A DNA stretch of 64,000 bases from an uncultured Chloroflexia bacterium (GCA_963763125.1 CAVXMV010000005.1:1968513-2032512); one strand, 5' to 3'. Numbered from the stretch's first letter, positions 44,811-55,160 are shown. Numbers and translations are program-made. Notes: generated by a model not told the origin, from the sequence alone.

Positions 44811-45245
44811 ATGGCTAGGGCCAAAGGACTGAAAGCGCTCATCAACGGTCTCAACGATGACCTTGCCGGTGAGTACAACGCGATCATTAGCTACATCCAG
44901 TACTCGGCCAAGGTGACCGGTCCCTACCGACCCCAACTCGTGCAGTTCCTGCAGGCCGAAATTCCTGATGAGCAGCGCCACGCGCAGTATCTCGCCGACA
45001 AGATCGCCTCCCTCGGGGGATCGCCGGTGGTGGAGCCGCGACCAGTCAAGACATCCGACGACACCCGCGAAATGCTGCAATTCATTTACGAGGCCGAGGC
45101 ACAGACTGTCGAGAATTACCGCAAGCGGATCGACCAGGCCGAGGCCGCCGGTGAAGTCGGGCTCAAGGTGACGCTTGAGGAAATGCTGTCGGACGAAACG
45201 ACCCATCGCGACGAAACGAAGAAGATGCTCGACGGCTGGGCGTAA
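44811..45245 (+). CDS. Ferritin-like / bacterioferritin family protein
   Basis: E..AI.SY, DEQRHA..I..LGG.P, EAE, DETTH di-iron ligands. Confidence 0.88.
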   Translation: MARAKGLKALINGLNDDLAGEYNAIISYIQYSAKVTGPYRPQLVQFLQAEIPDEQRHAQYLADKIASLGGSPVVEPRPVKTSDDTREMLQFIYEAEAQTVENYRKRIDQAEAAGEVGLKVTLEEMLSDETTHRDETKKMLDGWA

Positions 45246-45255
45246 CCTTCGATTC

Positions 45256-45446
45256 GTATGGGCGGACCTGAGTGCCCGACCCATCCTGGGCGAAACTGGC
45301 CTTGTGGGTTCCCGCGACCCGTTTGTGGTTGCGGTTCAGGCGGGAATCCACAGGGGGCTTCCCTACCAGATCAGGTTCGCACGTTGGCCGCCACATCCAG
45401 CGTATCCGCGTATCCAGCAGGGCCGGCCGGCAGGGCGGCCACTACC
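45256..45446. repeat. REP-like cluster between convergent genes
   Basis: ...ATCCAGCGTATCC...GCCGGCAGGGCGGCCACTACC, nearly identical to 47466-47513. Confidence 0.65.
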
Positions 45447-45464
45447 AGGTGATTTCGACGGAAG

Positions 45465-46529
45465 TCAGGCGGATGGCGTGGTTCGATGCCGCTCTGCCTT
45501 GCGGCGGATCCGGTTCCACGCTCCGGTGAGCCCCATCGCCTTCTTCATGGCGAACACAGTTTCCTGGGTTTCGATCCGCACCTGCCGGGTACCAGCCTCG
45601 ATCAGTTGTTCCACCAGCCCGGCCTGGGAGTATCGCTCCCGGCGCTCCCGCATCGGCTCCAGGACATCGTTGATGACCTTCGACAAGTACTCCTTGACCT
45701 CGACATCGCCAACGGCGCCAGTCTCATAGCGCCGTTTCAATTCGGCGACGCGGTTCGCGTCGGTGGCAAACACGTCGAGCCACGCAAACACCGGATTGCC
45801 CTCGACGGTGCCCGGGATGTCGGCCCGAATCCTGTTCGGATCGGTGTACATCCCCATGATCTTTTTGAGAACAACGCCGGCTTCGTCGCTCAGGGCAATC
45901 GCGTTGTCGAGACTCTTGCTCATCTTCCGTTTGCCATCGGTGCCAACCAGGGTCGGGGCTTCACCCGGAATGATCTCGGGAATGGGGAATACCTCGCCGT
46001 ATTTTCCGTTGAAGCGGCGCGCCAGCTCGCGAGTGATTTCGACGAACGCGTAGTTGTCCTTGCCGACGGGCACAGCGTTGGCGCGGACGGAGAGGATGTC
46101 GGCTGATTGCAGGATCGGGTAGCCCAGCAGGGCGAACGACATCTCGACCCCGGCATCGCGCGCCATGTCCTTCAGGGCCGGCAATCGCTCCAACCTGGAT
46201 ACCGTAGCCAGGCTCTGGAGCAATCCTGCGAGCTCGTGAATCTCGGGCACCGCCGATTGCAGGTAGAAAACGGCGCGTTCGGGATCGATCCCGGCACTGA
46301 GTGCGTCGAGCACGAGACCGTGCGCGCGCCGATCGAGCACCGCGATATCTTCCGGGGCGTTTTTCGTGGTCAGCATGTGAAGGTCGGCGATGATGAACCA
46401 GGCGTCGTACTCGGCTTGCAGGCGGACGCGATTGCGAAGCGATCCGACCAGGTGTCCAAGGTGTAGGGGGCCGGTGGGACGATCGCCGGTGAGCATCCGG
46501 GGGCGCGGGGATGTTTCTGTCAGAGACAT
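45465..46529 (-). CDS. trpS: Tryptophan--tRNA ligase
   Basis: TGDRPTGPLHLGH, YPILQSADIL, VPVGKD, KMSKS. Confidence 0.95.
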   Translation of the reverse strand: MSLTETSPRPRMLTGDRPTGPLHLGHLVGSLRNRVRLQAEYDAWFIIADLHMLTTKNAPEDIAVLDRRAHGLVLDALSAGIDPERAVFYLQSAVPEIHELAGLLQSLATVSRLERLPALKDMARDAGVEMSFALLGYPILQSADILSVRANAVPVGKDNYAFVEITRELARRFNGKYGEVFPIPEIIPGEAPTLVGTDGKRKMSKSLDNAIALSDEAGVVLKKIMGMYTDPNRIRADIPGTVEGNPVFAWLDVFATDANRVAELKRRYETGAVGDVEVKEYLSKVINDVLEPMRERRERYSQAGLVEQLIEAGTRQVRIETQETVFAMKKAMGLTGAWNRIRRKAERHRTTPSA

Positions 46530-46623
46530 AAGGATATCCAGTGTTGACGTGTCGCCGCTGCTGTCGACGGGTGTCGGATGGTTCGGGGACAAATGAGAGT
46601 GGGGTAGGCCGCGTGGGCGCTCA

Positions 46624-47139
46624 CTACGAGGCGAGGCCGGGCCGTGGAAATGTTTGGCGCGCGCTGCGCCAGTCCTGCCAGAGGCGGAGGATTTGAGGAT
46701 CGTGATCGAAGGCGAGTTCGGGCAGGTTATCCGGTGAGAACCAGCCGATCTCAGTGATGTCATCGCCAGGAATCGGTTCGCCGATGGCAGATGTGGTGGG
46801 GAAGATGAGGAGCACGACCGGTTCATCGACCTCAGACAGCACGCCAAGCACGGGGCCGACTTCGATGGTCAACCCGACTTCCTCTCGTACTTCCCGTATC
46901 GCCGCTGATTCCACCACTTCTCCACGCTCGACGAACCCGGCCGGAAAACTCCATTTGCCGGGCGATCGTGTCCAGTCGGCTCGCTTGCCGAGAAGGATGC
47001 GACCCTCACGTTCGATGATAATCGTTACCGCCAGTTTCGGGTCGAAATACGTGACGGCGCCGCAAGCTTCGCACACCGGGCGCGGCCTGCTGTCGTGCTC
47101 GCGGATTTCGGTGTTACCGCCACATCGTTGACAGAACAT
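46624..47139 (-). CDS. NUDIX hydrolase with N-terminal zinc ribbon
   Basis: FCQRCG..CEACG; Nudix box GFVERGEVVESAAIREVREEVG. Confidence 0.9.
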   Translation of the reverse strand: MFCQRCGGNTEIREHDSRPRPVCEACGAVTYFDPKLAVTIIIEREGRILLGKRADWTRSPGKWSFPAGFVERGEVVESAAIREVREEVGLTIEVGPVLGVLSEVDEPVVLLIFPTTSAIGEPIPGDDITEIGWFSPDNLPELAFDHDPQILRLWQDWRSARQTFPRPGLAS

Positions 47140-47630
47140 TCCTGCGTCGACCTCCCAGAAACTCGACTTCACGCATACCACCGTACCATGCCGCCCGGAT
47201 GCCGGAAAACGGCAGAAGGTCTTCTTTCGGTGCACAAACGCAACAAGGTCATCTACCCTGTCGTTCCGGGAAAATCTTTCGCGGGCTAATTGTGTTCGTG
47301 CGGAGTCCGGTTGGCTTCGATAGATACTTGGACTCCACTGCACCCACTCCCGTTTGAGCGAATGCATCGAGCAGGAGGAAGTGGGACAGAGTGATCACCG
47401 TACCCACGCAAGAACCGGGTGGATCACATGTTGAGCTGAACATGCACCTGGTCGATTACACATTGACCGCCACATCCAGCGTATCCAGCGGGGCCGGCAG
47501 GGCGGCCACTACCAAGGGTAGGTGTCCAGAGTAAGGGCTGGACCCCGGACAGGAAACGTCATGCCGTTGCATCTTCGCCGCCCGAGGTGCGGCCTTGTGC
47601 ACCCAGGTGTCCCCTGCGACATCGACATGT

Positions 47631-48170
47631 TCAGTCATCAACGGTTTGGACAGGCTTGCCTACGGGTGGTGAGCTCGTGTTCTCGAAAGCAAGCAGCAGC
47701 TTCCTGAGCAGCGCCGCGAGGTCGTTCTGTTCCTCTTCGGTGAGGGCGGAGAGCAGCGCTCGCTCATTGTCGACATGGCCCTGCGCCAGATCGTCGACGA
47801 GTGCCAAACCCTCTGGCGTCAATTCCACCATCATGCTGCGCCGATCGGCCGGATCGGCGATCCGTCGCACCCACCCTGCTCGTTCGAGAGTGTCGATCCG
47901 GCGCGTCATCGCTCCGGAGGTCCGCATTACCGCGCGGTAAAGTGCGGTCGGCGAAAGCCGGAAGGGGGAACCGGACCGGCGGAGGGTTGCCAGGATGTCC
48001 CAGCTCGGACGGCTGATGCCGTGTTGCCCGAAGAATTCGTCCATCCCATTGTCGAAAAATCGCGCGGCTCGCCCAATGCGCGCAACAACGGCCACCGGCG
48101 ATGTGTCGATGTCCGGCCGCTCCTTCGCCCATTCCTGTCTCAGCTTGTCGACCCGATCTTCTTGCGCCAT
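47631..48170 (-). CDS. MarR regulator, UrtR (HucR/PecS/TamR-like) subfamily
   Basis: W..ERPD, DILATLRRSG, SGAMTRRID.LE, DRRS. Confidence 0.88.
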   Translation of the reverse strand: MAQEDRVDKLRQEWAKERPDIDTSPVAVVARIGRAARFFDNGMDEFFGQHGISRPSWDILATLRRSGSPFRLSPTALYRAVMRTSGAMTRRIDTLERAGWVRRIADPADRRSMMVELTPEGLALVDDLAQGHVDNERALLSALTEEEQNDLAALLRKLLLAFENTSSPPVGKPVQTVDD

Positions 48171-48221
48171 TGTGATATCGTACTATGCAGATACTTATAC
48201 TGCAACTATCAGGAGCACCCA

Positions 48222-48542
48222 ATGATCGTTGAATATATCCGCTACACCATTCCCGAGGACCGGTCGCCAGCATTCGAGGCAGCGTATACCGAAGCCCGGT
48301 CCTCGCTTGACGAGTCCAGCCAGTGCCTTGGCTACGAATTGACGCGGTGCGTGGAGGCGCCGACGAGCTACATTCTTCGCATCGAGTGGGATTCGCTGGA
48401 AGGACACGAGAGTGGATTCCGGCAAAGTGCCGAGTTCAGGCGATTCTTCCAGTATGTCCGCCCGTTTTTCAGCGACATCGAGGAAATGCGCCACTACAAC
48501 GTGGTGTTTGCAACGTCAGGAGAGGGCGTGACCCATGTTTGA
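48222..48542 (+). CDS. Antibiotic-biosynthesis-monooxygenase (ABM) domain protein
   Basis: MIVEYIRY..FEAAY, YILRIEWDSLEGH..GFR.S, IEEMRHY; AGGAG RBS. Confidence 0.85.
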   Translation: MIVEYIRYTIPEDRSPAFEAAYTEARSSLDESSQCLGYELTRCVEAPTSYILRIEWDSLEGHESGFRQSAEFRRFFQYVRPFFSDIEEMRHYNVVFATSGEGVTHV

Positions 48543-48999
48543 ACTCACAGTATTCGATGTGGCTGGAGGAGCGCCTGCGTTTCTCGCCCTGACCACGGCC
48601 TTCTACGGGAAGGTCGTGCGCGACCCGGTGCTCGCGCCCGTGTTCGGTGAGATGACGGACGCCCACATCGAGGGCGTCGCGCTCTGGCTTGGCGAGGTCT
48701 TCGGAGGTCCGAAGGCATACACCGAGCAGCGAGGCGGCTATCCGACGATGCTCGCTCATCATGTGAACAGGGCGCTCACCGAGGACCAACGCGCGAGGTG
48801 GGCCGAGTTGATGATTGCCACCGCGCGCGAAGTACTCCCAGCCAACAAACGCGTTCAGGACAGGATCCGGACCTACATCGAGTGGGGCTCACGGATCGCG
48901 TTGCAGAATTCCCAGCATGGGTATGAACCGCCGGCTGAGTCCGATATTCCGGACTGGGGTTGGGGCAAGCAGGGGCCGCCATCAGGCGGGCTGGAATAG
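48535..48999 (+). CDS. Group II truncated hemoglobin
   Basis: AGG..F..L...FY.KV..DPVLAP.F, EVFGGP..Y, MLAHH, YIEWGS. Confidence 0.88.
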   Translation: MFELTVFDVAGGAPAFLALTTAFYGKVVRDPVLAPVFGEMTDAHIEGVALWLGEVFGGPKAYTEQRGGYPTMLAHHVNRALTEDQRARWAELMIATAREVLPANKRVQDRIRTYIEWGSRIALQNSQHGYEPPAESDIPDWGWGKQGPPSGGLE

Positions 49000-49199
49000 G
49001 GTGTTGGTGAAGGCCGGTTGAATGTTGACTTCCATTACGGGCTGTGTGTGGTGGATGCGTGCGGGCGCGCGTGGGTCAAAACGGATGTTGACGCTTATGA
49101 ACGGATGGGTAATTCTCCTGGATTGTGCACCACCCGTGACGAATGGGTCCGTGTGAGTTTGCACTTGGGCACCGGGCGTGGCGCAGGTAGCTGCAGATC

Positions 49200-51092
49200 G
49201 TGCATGCTTCCGGGATTGTTGCGCTCTGTCTCGCCCGGGAGGCTCCTATCCAATCCGTATCCGACCAATCAGCCGCGACCGTTTATGAAGCGCGCGGCGA
49301 ATTCTTCGAAGCCCAACGGTTGACCATCCACAAGCGGTGGAACCTGATCGCGAATCTCCGCCTGGTTGGCTTCGTGGCGCTCGCGCTTGCCGTGTGGTGG
49401 GCCTTGCGCGATCCACAGGTGGGTAAGTGGGTCGTGGTCGCCGCCCTGACCGTGACCGTGATTGCTCTCGTCGCCTACCATGCCTCGCTGCGGCGGAAGC
49501 GGGACAAGCTCGCGGGAATGGTTACCGTCAATCAGCTGGCAATTGCCCGGCTCAATCTCGAATGGGAGAGGTTGCCCGAACCGCCACCGGTCGAGACTCC
49601 CCGCAGTCATCCGTACGCCTGGGACCTCGACGTGGTTGGCCCGGCGTCGATCATCCGGCGTATTTCGACACCGACCCTGATGAACGGCTGGCAAACGATC
49701 CATGACTGGATGCTTGCACCCGCCGAAGCGACCATGATTGCCACCCGGCAGTCGGCGGTTCGGGAATTGGCCAGTGATCTCGACCTGCGCCAGGGAGTCG
49801 AAGTGGCTGGCCGGCAAATGAAAGGCGACACTCCGGATCCTGGTCCGTTCCTCGAATGGTCGGAAGCCCAACCATGGCTACTTACCCGGTCGTGGTTGTG
49901 GGGGATCGCGATCGTGAGCCCAATCGCGCTGGTCGTCCTTGTCGCGCTCAGCTTGTCAGGTGCGCTGGCTGGTCCGTGGTGGCTGCTGCCGATTACCATC
50001 AATGTCGTGCTGTTCCAGTTCATCGGCAAGCGGGTTTCCGACCAGGTCGCCCTGGCGACACCGCTCCAGGGCGCGATTGCAGGCTACGCCGAAGTGTTCC
50101 GGTTAATTGGGGAGTCGCAGGCGGAATCACCCATGCTGCGCCAGATTGGCGACGCCCTGGGTGATGGCACACATGGCGCCACCGCCCGTATGAAGCGCTT
50201 CGCCCGCATATGCAGCTTCGTGATTCCGCGTGGCTCGCTGATCTGGGCGCCAATGCAGATGGCGCTGCTGTGGGACGTTCACGTCTTGCACGCGTTGGAA
50301 CGGTGGCGGAAGGCATCACGTGGCGACACGCGAACCTGGTTCGCGCGTGCTGGAGAGTGGGAAGCGCTCGCGGCGCTGTCGACGCTGGCGCACGATCATC
50401 CGGTGTGGACGTTTCCTGACGTGAGCCCGGCCAACGGTGAGGTGAGTGGGGAGGCACTGGCGCACCCGTTGATTCATTTCCAGGAGGCGGTCGCCAACGA
50501 TGTCAGGGTTGGACCGCAGGGGACATTTTTGTTCGTGACCGGTTCGAACATGTCCGGCAAGAGTACCCTGTTGCGGGCAGTGGGACTCAACACCGTGCTG
50601 GCGATGGCTGGTGGCCCGGTTGCGGCCAAACGTATGTCGCTTCCCGAACTCGATGTCTGGACCTGTATGCGGGTCGAGGACTCATTGGCTCGGGGCGTCT
50701 CCTTCTTTATGGCCGAGCTGCAGCGGCTCAAGGCGGTAGTCGATGCCGCGAGCACGGCGGAGGTGCGGCCCGTACTCTACTTGCTCGACGAGATTTTGCA
50801 GGGCACGAACACGGCCGAACGACAGATCGCTTCGCGGGGAGTGCTTTCGCAACTGACCCGCTGCAACGCGATCGGCGGGGTCTCCAGTCACGATCTTTCC
50901 CTGATCGAGGGGTCCGGCCTGGAATCAAGCGCGGTCGCCGTCCATTTCGCGGAAACGTTCACGCGGGGCGCGTCCGGTCCGGAGATGACGTTCGATTACC
51001 GGCTGCAGCCTGGCCTGGCGACGTCGACGAATGCATTGGCGCTGATGGAGATGCTGGGTTTCGAAGTGGGCGCGATGAAACCGGGCGATTGA
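49200..51092 (+). CDS. Membrane-anchored MutS-related ATPase (domain V; no mismatch-binding domain); start uncertain
   Basis: Two TM regions; HPL, TGSNMSGKSTLLR, SFFMAEL.RLK, LLDEILQGTN, SSHDL. Confidence 0.88.
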   Translation: MHASGIVALCLAREAPIQSVSDQSAATVYEARGEFFEAQRLTIHKRWNLIANLRLVGFVALALAVWWALRDPQVGKWVVVAALTVTVIALVAYHASLRRKRDKLAGMVTVNQLAIARLNLEWERLPEPPPVETPRSHPYAWDLDVVGPASIIRRISTPTLMNGWQTIHDWMLAPAEATMIATRQSAVRELASDLDLRQGVEVAGRQMKGDTPDPGPFLEWSEAQPWLLTRSWLWGIAIVSPIALVVLVALSLSGALAGPWWLLPITINVVLFQFIGKRVSDQVALATPLQGAIAGYAEVFRLIGESQAESPMLRQIGDALGDGTHGATARMKRFARICSFVIPRGSLIWAPMQMALLWDVHVLHALERWRKASRGDTRTWFARAGEWEALAALSTLAHDHPVWTFPDVSPANGEVSGEALAHPLIHFQEAVANDVRVGPQGTFLFVTGSNMSGKSTLLRAVGLNTVLAMAGGPVAAKRMSLPELDVWTCMRVEDSLARGVSFFMAELQRLKAVVDAASTAEVRPVLYLLDEILQGTNTAERQIASRGVLSQLTRCNAIGGVSSHDLSLIEGSGLESSAVAVHFAETFTRGASGPEMTFDYRLQPGLATSTNALALMEMLGFEVGAMKPGD

Positions 51093-51208
51093 GGTAGCCT
51101 CCGTCTCCAACCAAGCTTCGCCGGGGGCGATCCCCCGGCACAGCCATGATGTTGTGTCCAACGGAGCGACCTTTTGTCCGCCCGGCGCGCAAACTTTAAT
51201 TGTCGTTC

Positions 51209-51377
51209 CGTAGCGAAGCGATATCTCCCGCCGCAGCGGTAACTTCCCATTTGGCAGCTCACGCTGAACTGCGATCCCGGAGATACCGCTGCGCTGCCGC
51301 AACCGTACAATGACTCGAGAAAGTGTTTTGGCTGCGCCCTGATCAGCCGATTGGCCGGCACAAGACCGGCCAGTACG
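51209..51377. repeat. REP-like and GAATGAC-family repeat cluster
   Basis: CGTAGCGAAGCGATATCTC (cf. 8951), GAGATACCGCTGCGCTGC (cf. 13713), GGCCGGCACAAGACCGGCCAGTAC. Confidence 0.65.
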
Positions 51378-51397
51378 ACGAAGTGGGATTGGCCACG

Positions 51398-52972
51398 TTA
51401 AGAAAGCGGTTCGATTGACTGGCGATGGTTGAAGATATTGAGCGGATCCCAGCGGCTCTTGACTGCCTGCAAGCGAGGGTAGTTGTCCTTGTAGTAGAGG
51501 TACTGCCAGTCCTCCAGGTCGACATCCGGATAGTTCACATAGCACCCGTCCAGAGCGTCATCAGGGACGGGACCTTTCTCGCCATACATGGCGGTGTAGA
51601 ACCCCCGGATCCATTCGAGATTGGCATCATCGTCGGCCGGGTCGGTCCAGTAGGTCTGGTATTGCAGCTTCATGATCGAGGAGCGTTGCGGAACCGCGGT
51701 TGCCGCCGGAGCCACCGCGTTCACCTGGCAGCCATAGGAGTCGATTTGCACGAGCGCCTGTGCGTTGGGGTGGACAGGTTCCGTGAGGCTCTGCCACATC
51801 GCCTCGATCTGATCATCGGGAAACGCGGTCAGCATATAGGCGGACTTGTATTTGCCGCGTTGGTTCCGCCCGGAACCGTTCAGGGTTTGCGTGGCGAACA
51901 GCCATGGCATCTGTCGAATACCGGTTGTGGGGGCAAGCGTCTGGTGATGGCCGACCGCCACCTGCTTCACAACGGGTTGTGGCAATCCATTCCCGATCGC
52001 GCGGGAAAACTCCGTGACCGGTGCCGGATCCGACCCCACGAATTGGGCCGTCAGCCCGACCTGGCCTGCTACCTGCTGCGAGAGGTGGAGCAGGGCAAAG
52101 AGGCCCTTGAAGGGGCTGTCGACATCACTATTCTCGGCCAGGAACTGACCGTAGTTGTTGATCAGGCTATCGAAGGTCGAACGATCGAGATCACTCCAGT
52201 TCCAGGCGTGTGAAAGAAGTTGAACTTCTTCGGGAGCCTGGGGAAGATCGCGGAACATGAATTTGGTGACGATCCCGAAATTGCCGCCGCCGCCGCCCAG
52301 ATGTCCCCACAACAGATCCTGCTCCGCCGGGTCGCGCGAATCGCGGCTGACCGTGATCACTTCAGCGCGGCCCGCCGACGTGACGTGGACTACCTCGACG
52401 GCGTCCAGGAAATCCACGGTCAGCCCATGGAGACGCGCCAGGAGGCCGTAGCCACCGCCGGTCACATGGCCGCCGATGCCGACGGAGTAGCAGGAGCCAC
52501 CGGGCAGGGTTACACCCCACTCGGTGTAGAGCCGCCGGTAGACATCCCAGAGCGTCGCGCCGCCTGCGACTCCGTGCAACCCGGTGTCGTCATCGCGCCA
52601 GACGGCGTTCATCGGAGTGAGATCGATGATGACGCCACCGTCGTTGTTGCTCACGAAGTCCTCGTAGCAGTGCCCGCCGCCGCGCACAGTGATGCGCCGA
52701 TCGTCGTCCAGGGCCCGCTGAACTGCCTGAACCACCTGGTCCGTATCCGCGCACACGGTGATATAGGCAGGCTGGCCGACCCAGCGCAGATTGAAGCCTC
52801 GCGACAGTGTCTGGTATCTGGGATCATCTGGCAGCACTTGCTGGCCTGAAAAGGCTGGAACGGGAGTTTGCCCCATGGCGCGAGCGTCGGGAAGGTGGCT
52901 GGCCACGGCCAATGCGCTCGCGCTCGCAGAGCTTGTCTTGAGGAAAGTACGGCGGTTGATGCGCGGAGTCAT
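51398..52972 (-). CDS. Tat-exported FAD-linked oxidase (berberine-bridge-enzyme-like)
   Basis: INRRTFLK Tat motif; RGGGHCYED, PGGSCYSVG (His/Cys FAD anchors), YVNYPD, WDPLNIF. Confidence 0.9.
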   Translation of the reverse strand: MTPRINRRTFLKTSSASASALAVASHLPDARAMGQTPVPAFSGQQVLPDDPRYQTLSRGFNLRWVGQPAYITVCADTDQVVQAVQRALDDDRRITVRGGGHCYEDFVSNNDGGVIIDLTPMNAVWRDDDTGLHGVAGGATLWDVYRRLYTEWGVTLPGGSCYSVGIGGHVTGGGYGLLARLHGLTVDFLDAVEVVHVTSAGRAEVITVSRDSRDPAEQDLLWGHLGGGGGNFGIVTKFMFRDLPQAPEEVQLLSHAWNWSDLDRSTFDSLINNYGQFLAENSDVDSPFKGLFALLHLSQQVAGQVGLTAQFVGSDPAPVTEFSRAIGNGLPQPVVKQVAVGHHQTLAPTTGIRQMPWLFATQTLNGSGRNQRGKYKSAYMLTAFPDDQIEAMWQSLTEPVHPNAQALVQIDSYGCQVNAVAPAATAVPQRSSIMKLQYQTYWTDPADDDANLEWIRGFYTAMYGEKGPVPDDALDGCYVNYPDVDLEDWQYLYYKDNYPRLQAVKSRWDPLNIFNHRQSIEPLS

Positions 52973-53460
52973 GGTTGGTTTGCTCCTTGCCGGTTCGCCA
53001 CGGGGCAACGCGACGTGGCTGCAACCAGTGTTCCTCACGTTCCTCGTCGCTCGATTGGTACTTTGCGGTCCCGCCTCGTGTGCAATCCATCGTACCGGCA
53101 GGTGACTGGCTCGGCAAGACTGCACCAAACGATCGATACAATAGGTCGAGTCAGTCGAGTTGGGCAGGACGCCTGATACGAAATCGGGATGATCAGTCGG
53201 GATGTTGGGGAATTGGCGCAAAAGGGGGACAACAGGTTCGACCGCGATCTACGACTGCGCAACCCGGATCCTGTCGATCCTGTTGTCCCCCCGTACGTGA
53301 TCAGGCGAGGGGGCTGGTCTCGCTGGTTTACCGTGGCAGGAGTTCTACTTGTTAGCCGTGGCGCCGATTCGGGAGGGCAATATTGCTTCGCTACCTTTGG
53401 CCGCAGCGCTCCCAGAGGAGCGACAAACGATTCGCTTCGTGAATCCGCAGGACACAAACC

Positions 53461-53484
53461 GGGCCGGATCATGCGATCCGGCCC
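53461..53484 (-). terminator. Hairpin downstream of the small membrane-protein gene
   Basis: GGGCCGGATC-ATGC-GATCCGGCCC. Confidence 0.55.
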
Positions 53485-53516
53485 GGTGCAATGTGCGAAT
53501 GAATTGTCTGTGTGCG

Positions 53517-53747
53517 CTAAACGCGCGGGTCGACTACGTCGCTTTCGAATTGCCCGGAAAGCGCCAGGGCCGCGATCACGATGATCGCCCCGAGAATGAC
53601 CACGCCAAGGATGACGGCCAGCATGACGATGTTGCCGAAGCCTTCACCGCCGACGCGCACGTCTTTCTCATCAGTCGAGGAGGAAGCTCGAGCGTCGCCG
53701 CCGACAACGCCAATCAAGGCCATGAGATAGAGAACACGCAGCAACAT
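53517..53747 (-). CDS. Small hypothetical membrane protein
   Basis: AGGAG RBS; signal-like N-terminus and one TM helix. Confidence 0.6.
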   Translation of the reverse strand: MLLRVLYLMALIGVVGGDARASSSTDEKDVRVGGEGFGNIVMLAVILGVVILGAIIVIAALALSGQFESDVVDPRV

Positions 53748-53928
53748 CGAACGCTCCTGATCATTGACTTGGCCACAGTCCCAAGCAGACTGCCGGTGAA
53801 TTCGTCATTCGGTGTCGCGAGCATGTTGGGTGGGCATTCCACCCCGACAACCAGACTATGTGTACAGACTTTACGAGATTCCGGCGTGATGGTCCAGCAA
53901 TCGGGCACCACGTCCGGAGTTTCCGCCC

Positions 53929-54180
53929 TTACGCGAGTGCGGACGCGATCACCTGGCGCAGCACGATCAACAGGAGCATCGTGACCATGATCGACAGATC
54001 GAGCATGCCCGTGGGGGGGATCACCTGCCGCACGGGCGCCACAATCGGCTCCGTGACATCCTTGAGGAACTTGCCGATCGTTGAGGTCATGCCCGGATCG
54101 AACCACGAGAACAGCGCCCGGGCGACGAGCAGGATTGTCAGGATATTGAGAATGGTGAGCAGAAAACCAGCGAGGTCCAT
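53929..54180 (-). CDS. YggT family membrane protein
   Basis: RALFSWF, VTEPIVAPVRQVIPPTGMLDLS. Confidence 0.9.
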   Translation of the reverse strand: MDLAGFLLTILNILTILLVARALFSWFDPGMTSTIGKFLKDVTEPIVAPVRQVIPPTGMLDLSIMVTMLLLIVLRQVIASALA

Positions 54181-54287
54181 GGGGCTATCATCCTGTGTAT
54201 TTTGGAGTCAGGTTGCGGCAACCGAGGTTGCGTGGAGAATAAGCAGGTAACGATTGATCATGTTGTCGCAAGTATAGTCAGACTTTG

Positions 54288-55160
54288 TTACGAGTTCCTG
54301 AGTGATGGCAGGAGATCGATGGCGATTCGCTCCTGAATGCCGCGTTTGTCCGGTGGCGGGGCATCGAAAATGAAGTCCGTGAATCCAATTTCCTGGTAGG
54401 AACCAACCCACTCGGCGAACGCATTCACCGAATCCCACGGACGCACTGACGTATGTGTCGGGAAGAAGCTCACTGAGCGAGTGATTTCGGACGGGTCGCG
54501 ATTGGCCTTCGCACAGGCGTCGTCCAGACGGGCACTGCGCTGGCGCATCTCAGCCGGGGAGCCACGCGAGTTCCAGATCTCAGCGTGCCTGGCGGCGATC
54601 CCGATCGTGCGGGGCCCGTGGGCACCGACGATGATCGGAATCCGTGGCTTCTGGACCGGCGCCGGTCGATTTGGCGCATCACGCAACTGGTACCACGCTC
54701 CATTGAAAGATGAGACATCATTGCCCAGGTACTGGTTGAGCAGGGAAAGCGACTCTGCGTACTGGTTGACGCGCATCCCGATTTCCGGCAGTTCGAACCC
54801 GAACGCGTGGTGCTCGGCGTCGAACCACCCTGCTCCGAGACCGAGGATGAGCCGTCCTCCCGATATGTGGTCGACCGTGACGGCCTGCTTCGCCAGGACT
54901 GCCGGGTGACGAAAGGTGTTGCTGGAAACCAGGACACCGATTCTGGCTCGTCCGGTAGCGGGCGCCAACGCCGCCAATGCCGTCCACGCTTCGAGGAATG
55001 GACCAGGTTTGCCGCCGGGTGGCATCAGGTGATCCGGCAGCCAAAGCGAGTCCCATCCGAGACGGTCGTAGCCGGTCCAGGCTTGGCGAAGGTCCGCCCA
55101 CGGCATCGACGACATGGTCTGGATGCCGAATGTGAGCGGTCGCGACCCCGATTTGCTCAT
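54288..55160 (-). CDS. Luciferase-like (LLM) flavin/F420-dependent oxidoreductase
   Basis: WLPDH, NTFRHPAVLAK, DHISGGRL.LG.GAGW..EH. Confidence 0.9.
   Translation of the reverse strand: MSKSGSRPLTFGIQTMSSMPWADLRQAWTGYDRLGWDSLWLPDHLMPPGGKPGPFLEAWTALAALAPATGRARIGVLVSSNTFRHPAVLAKQAVTVDHISGGRLILGLGAGWFDAEHHAFGFELPEIGMRVNQYAESLSLLNQYLGNDVSSFNGAWYQLRDAPNRPAPVQKPRIPIIVGAHGPRTIGIAARHAEIWNSRGSPAEMRQRSARLDDACAKANRDPSEITRSVSFFPTHTSVRPWDSVNAFAEWVGSYQEIGFTDFIFDAPPPDKRGIQERIAIDLLPSLRNS

Noticed and set aside
47521-47552. Possible isolated IS3-like terminal repeat (…CTGGACACC)
   Set aside because: Weak resemblance only; no partner end or transposase fragment
53170-53310. 6S RNA
   Set aside because: The internal bubble is strongly asymmetric and no 6S consensus was recognised; kept only as an unknown structure
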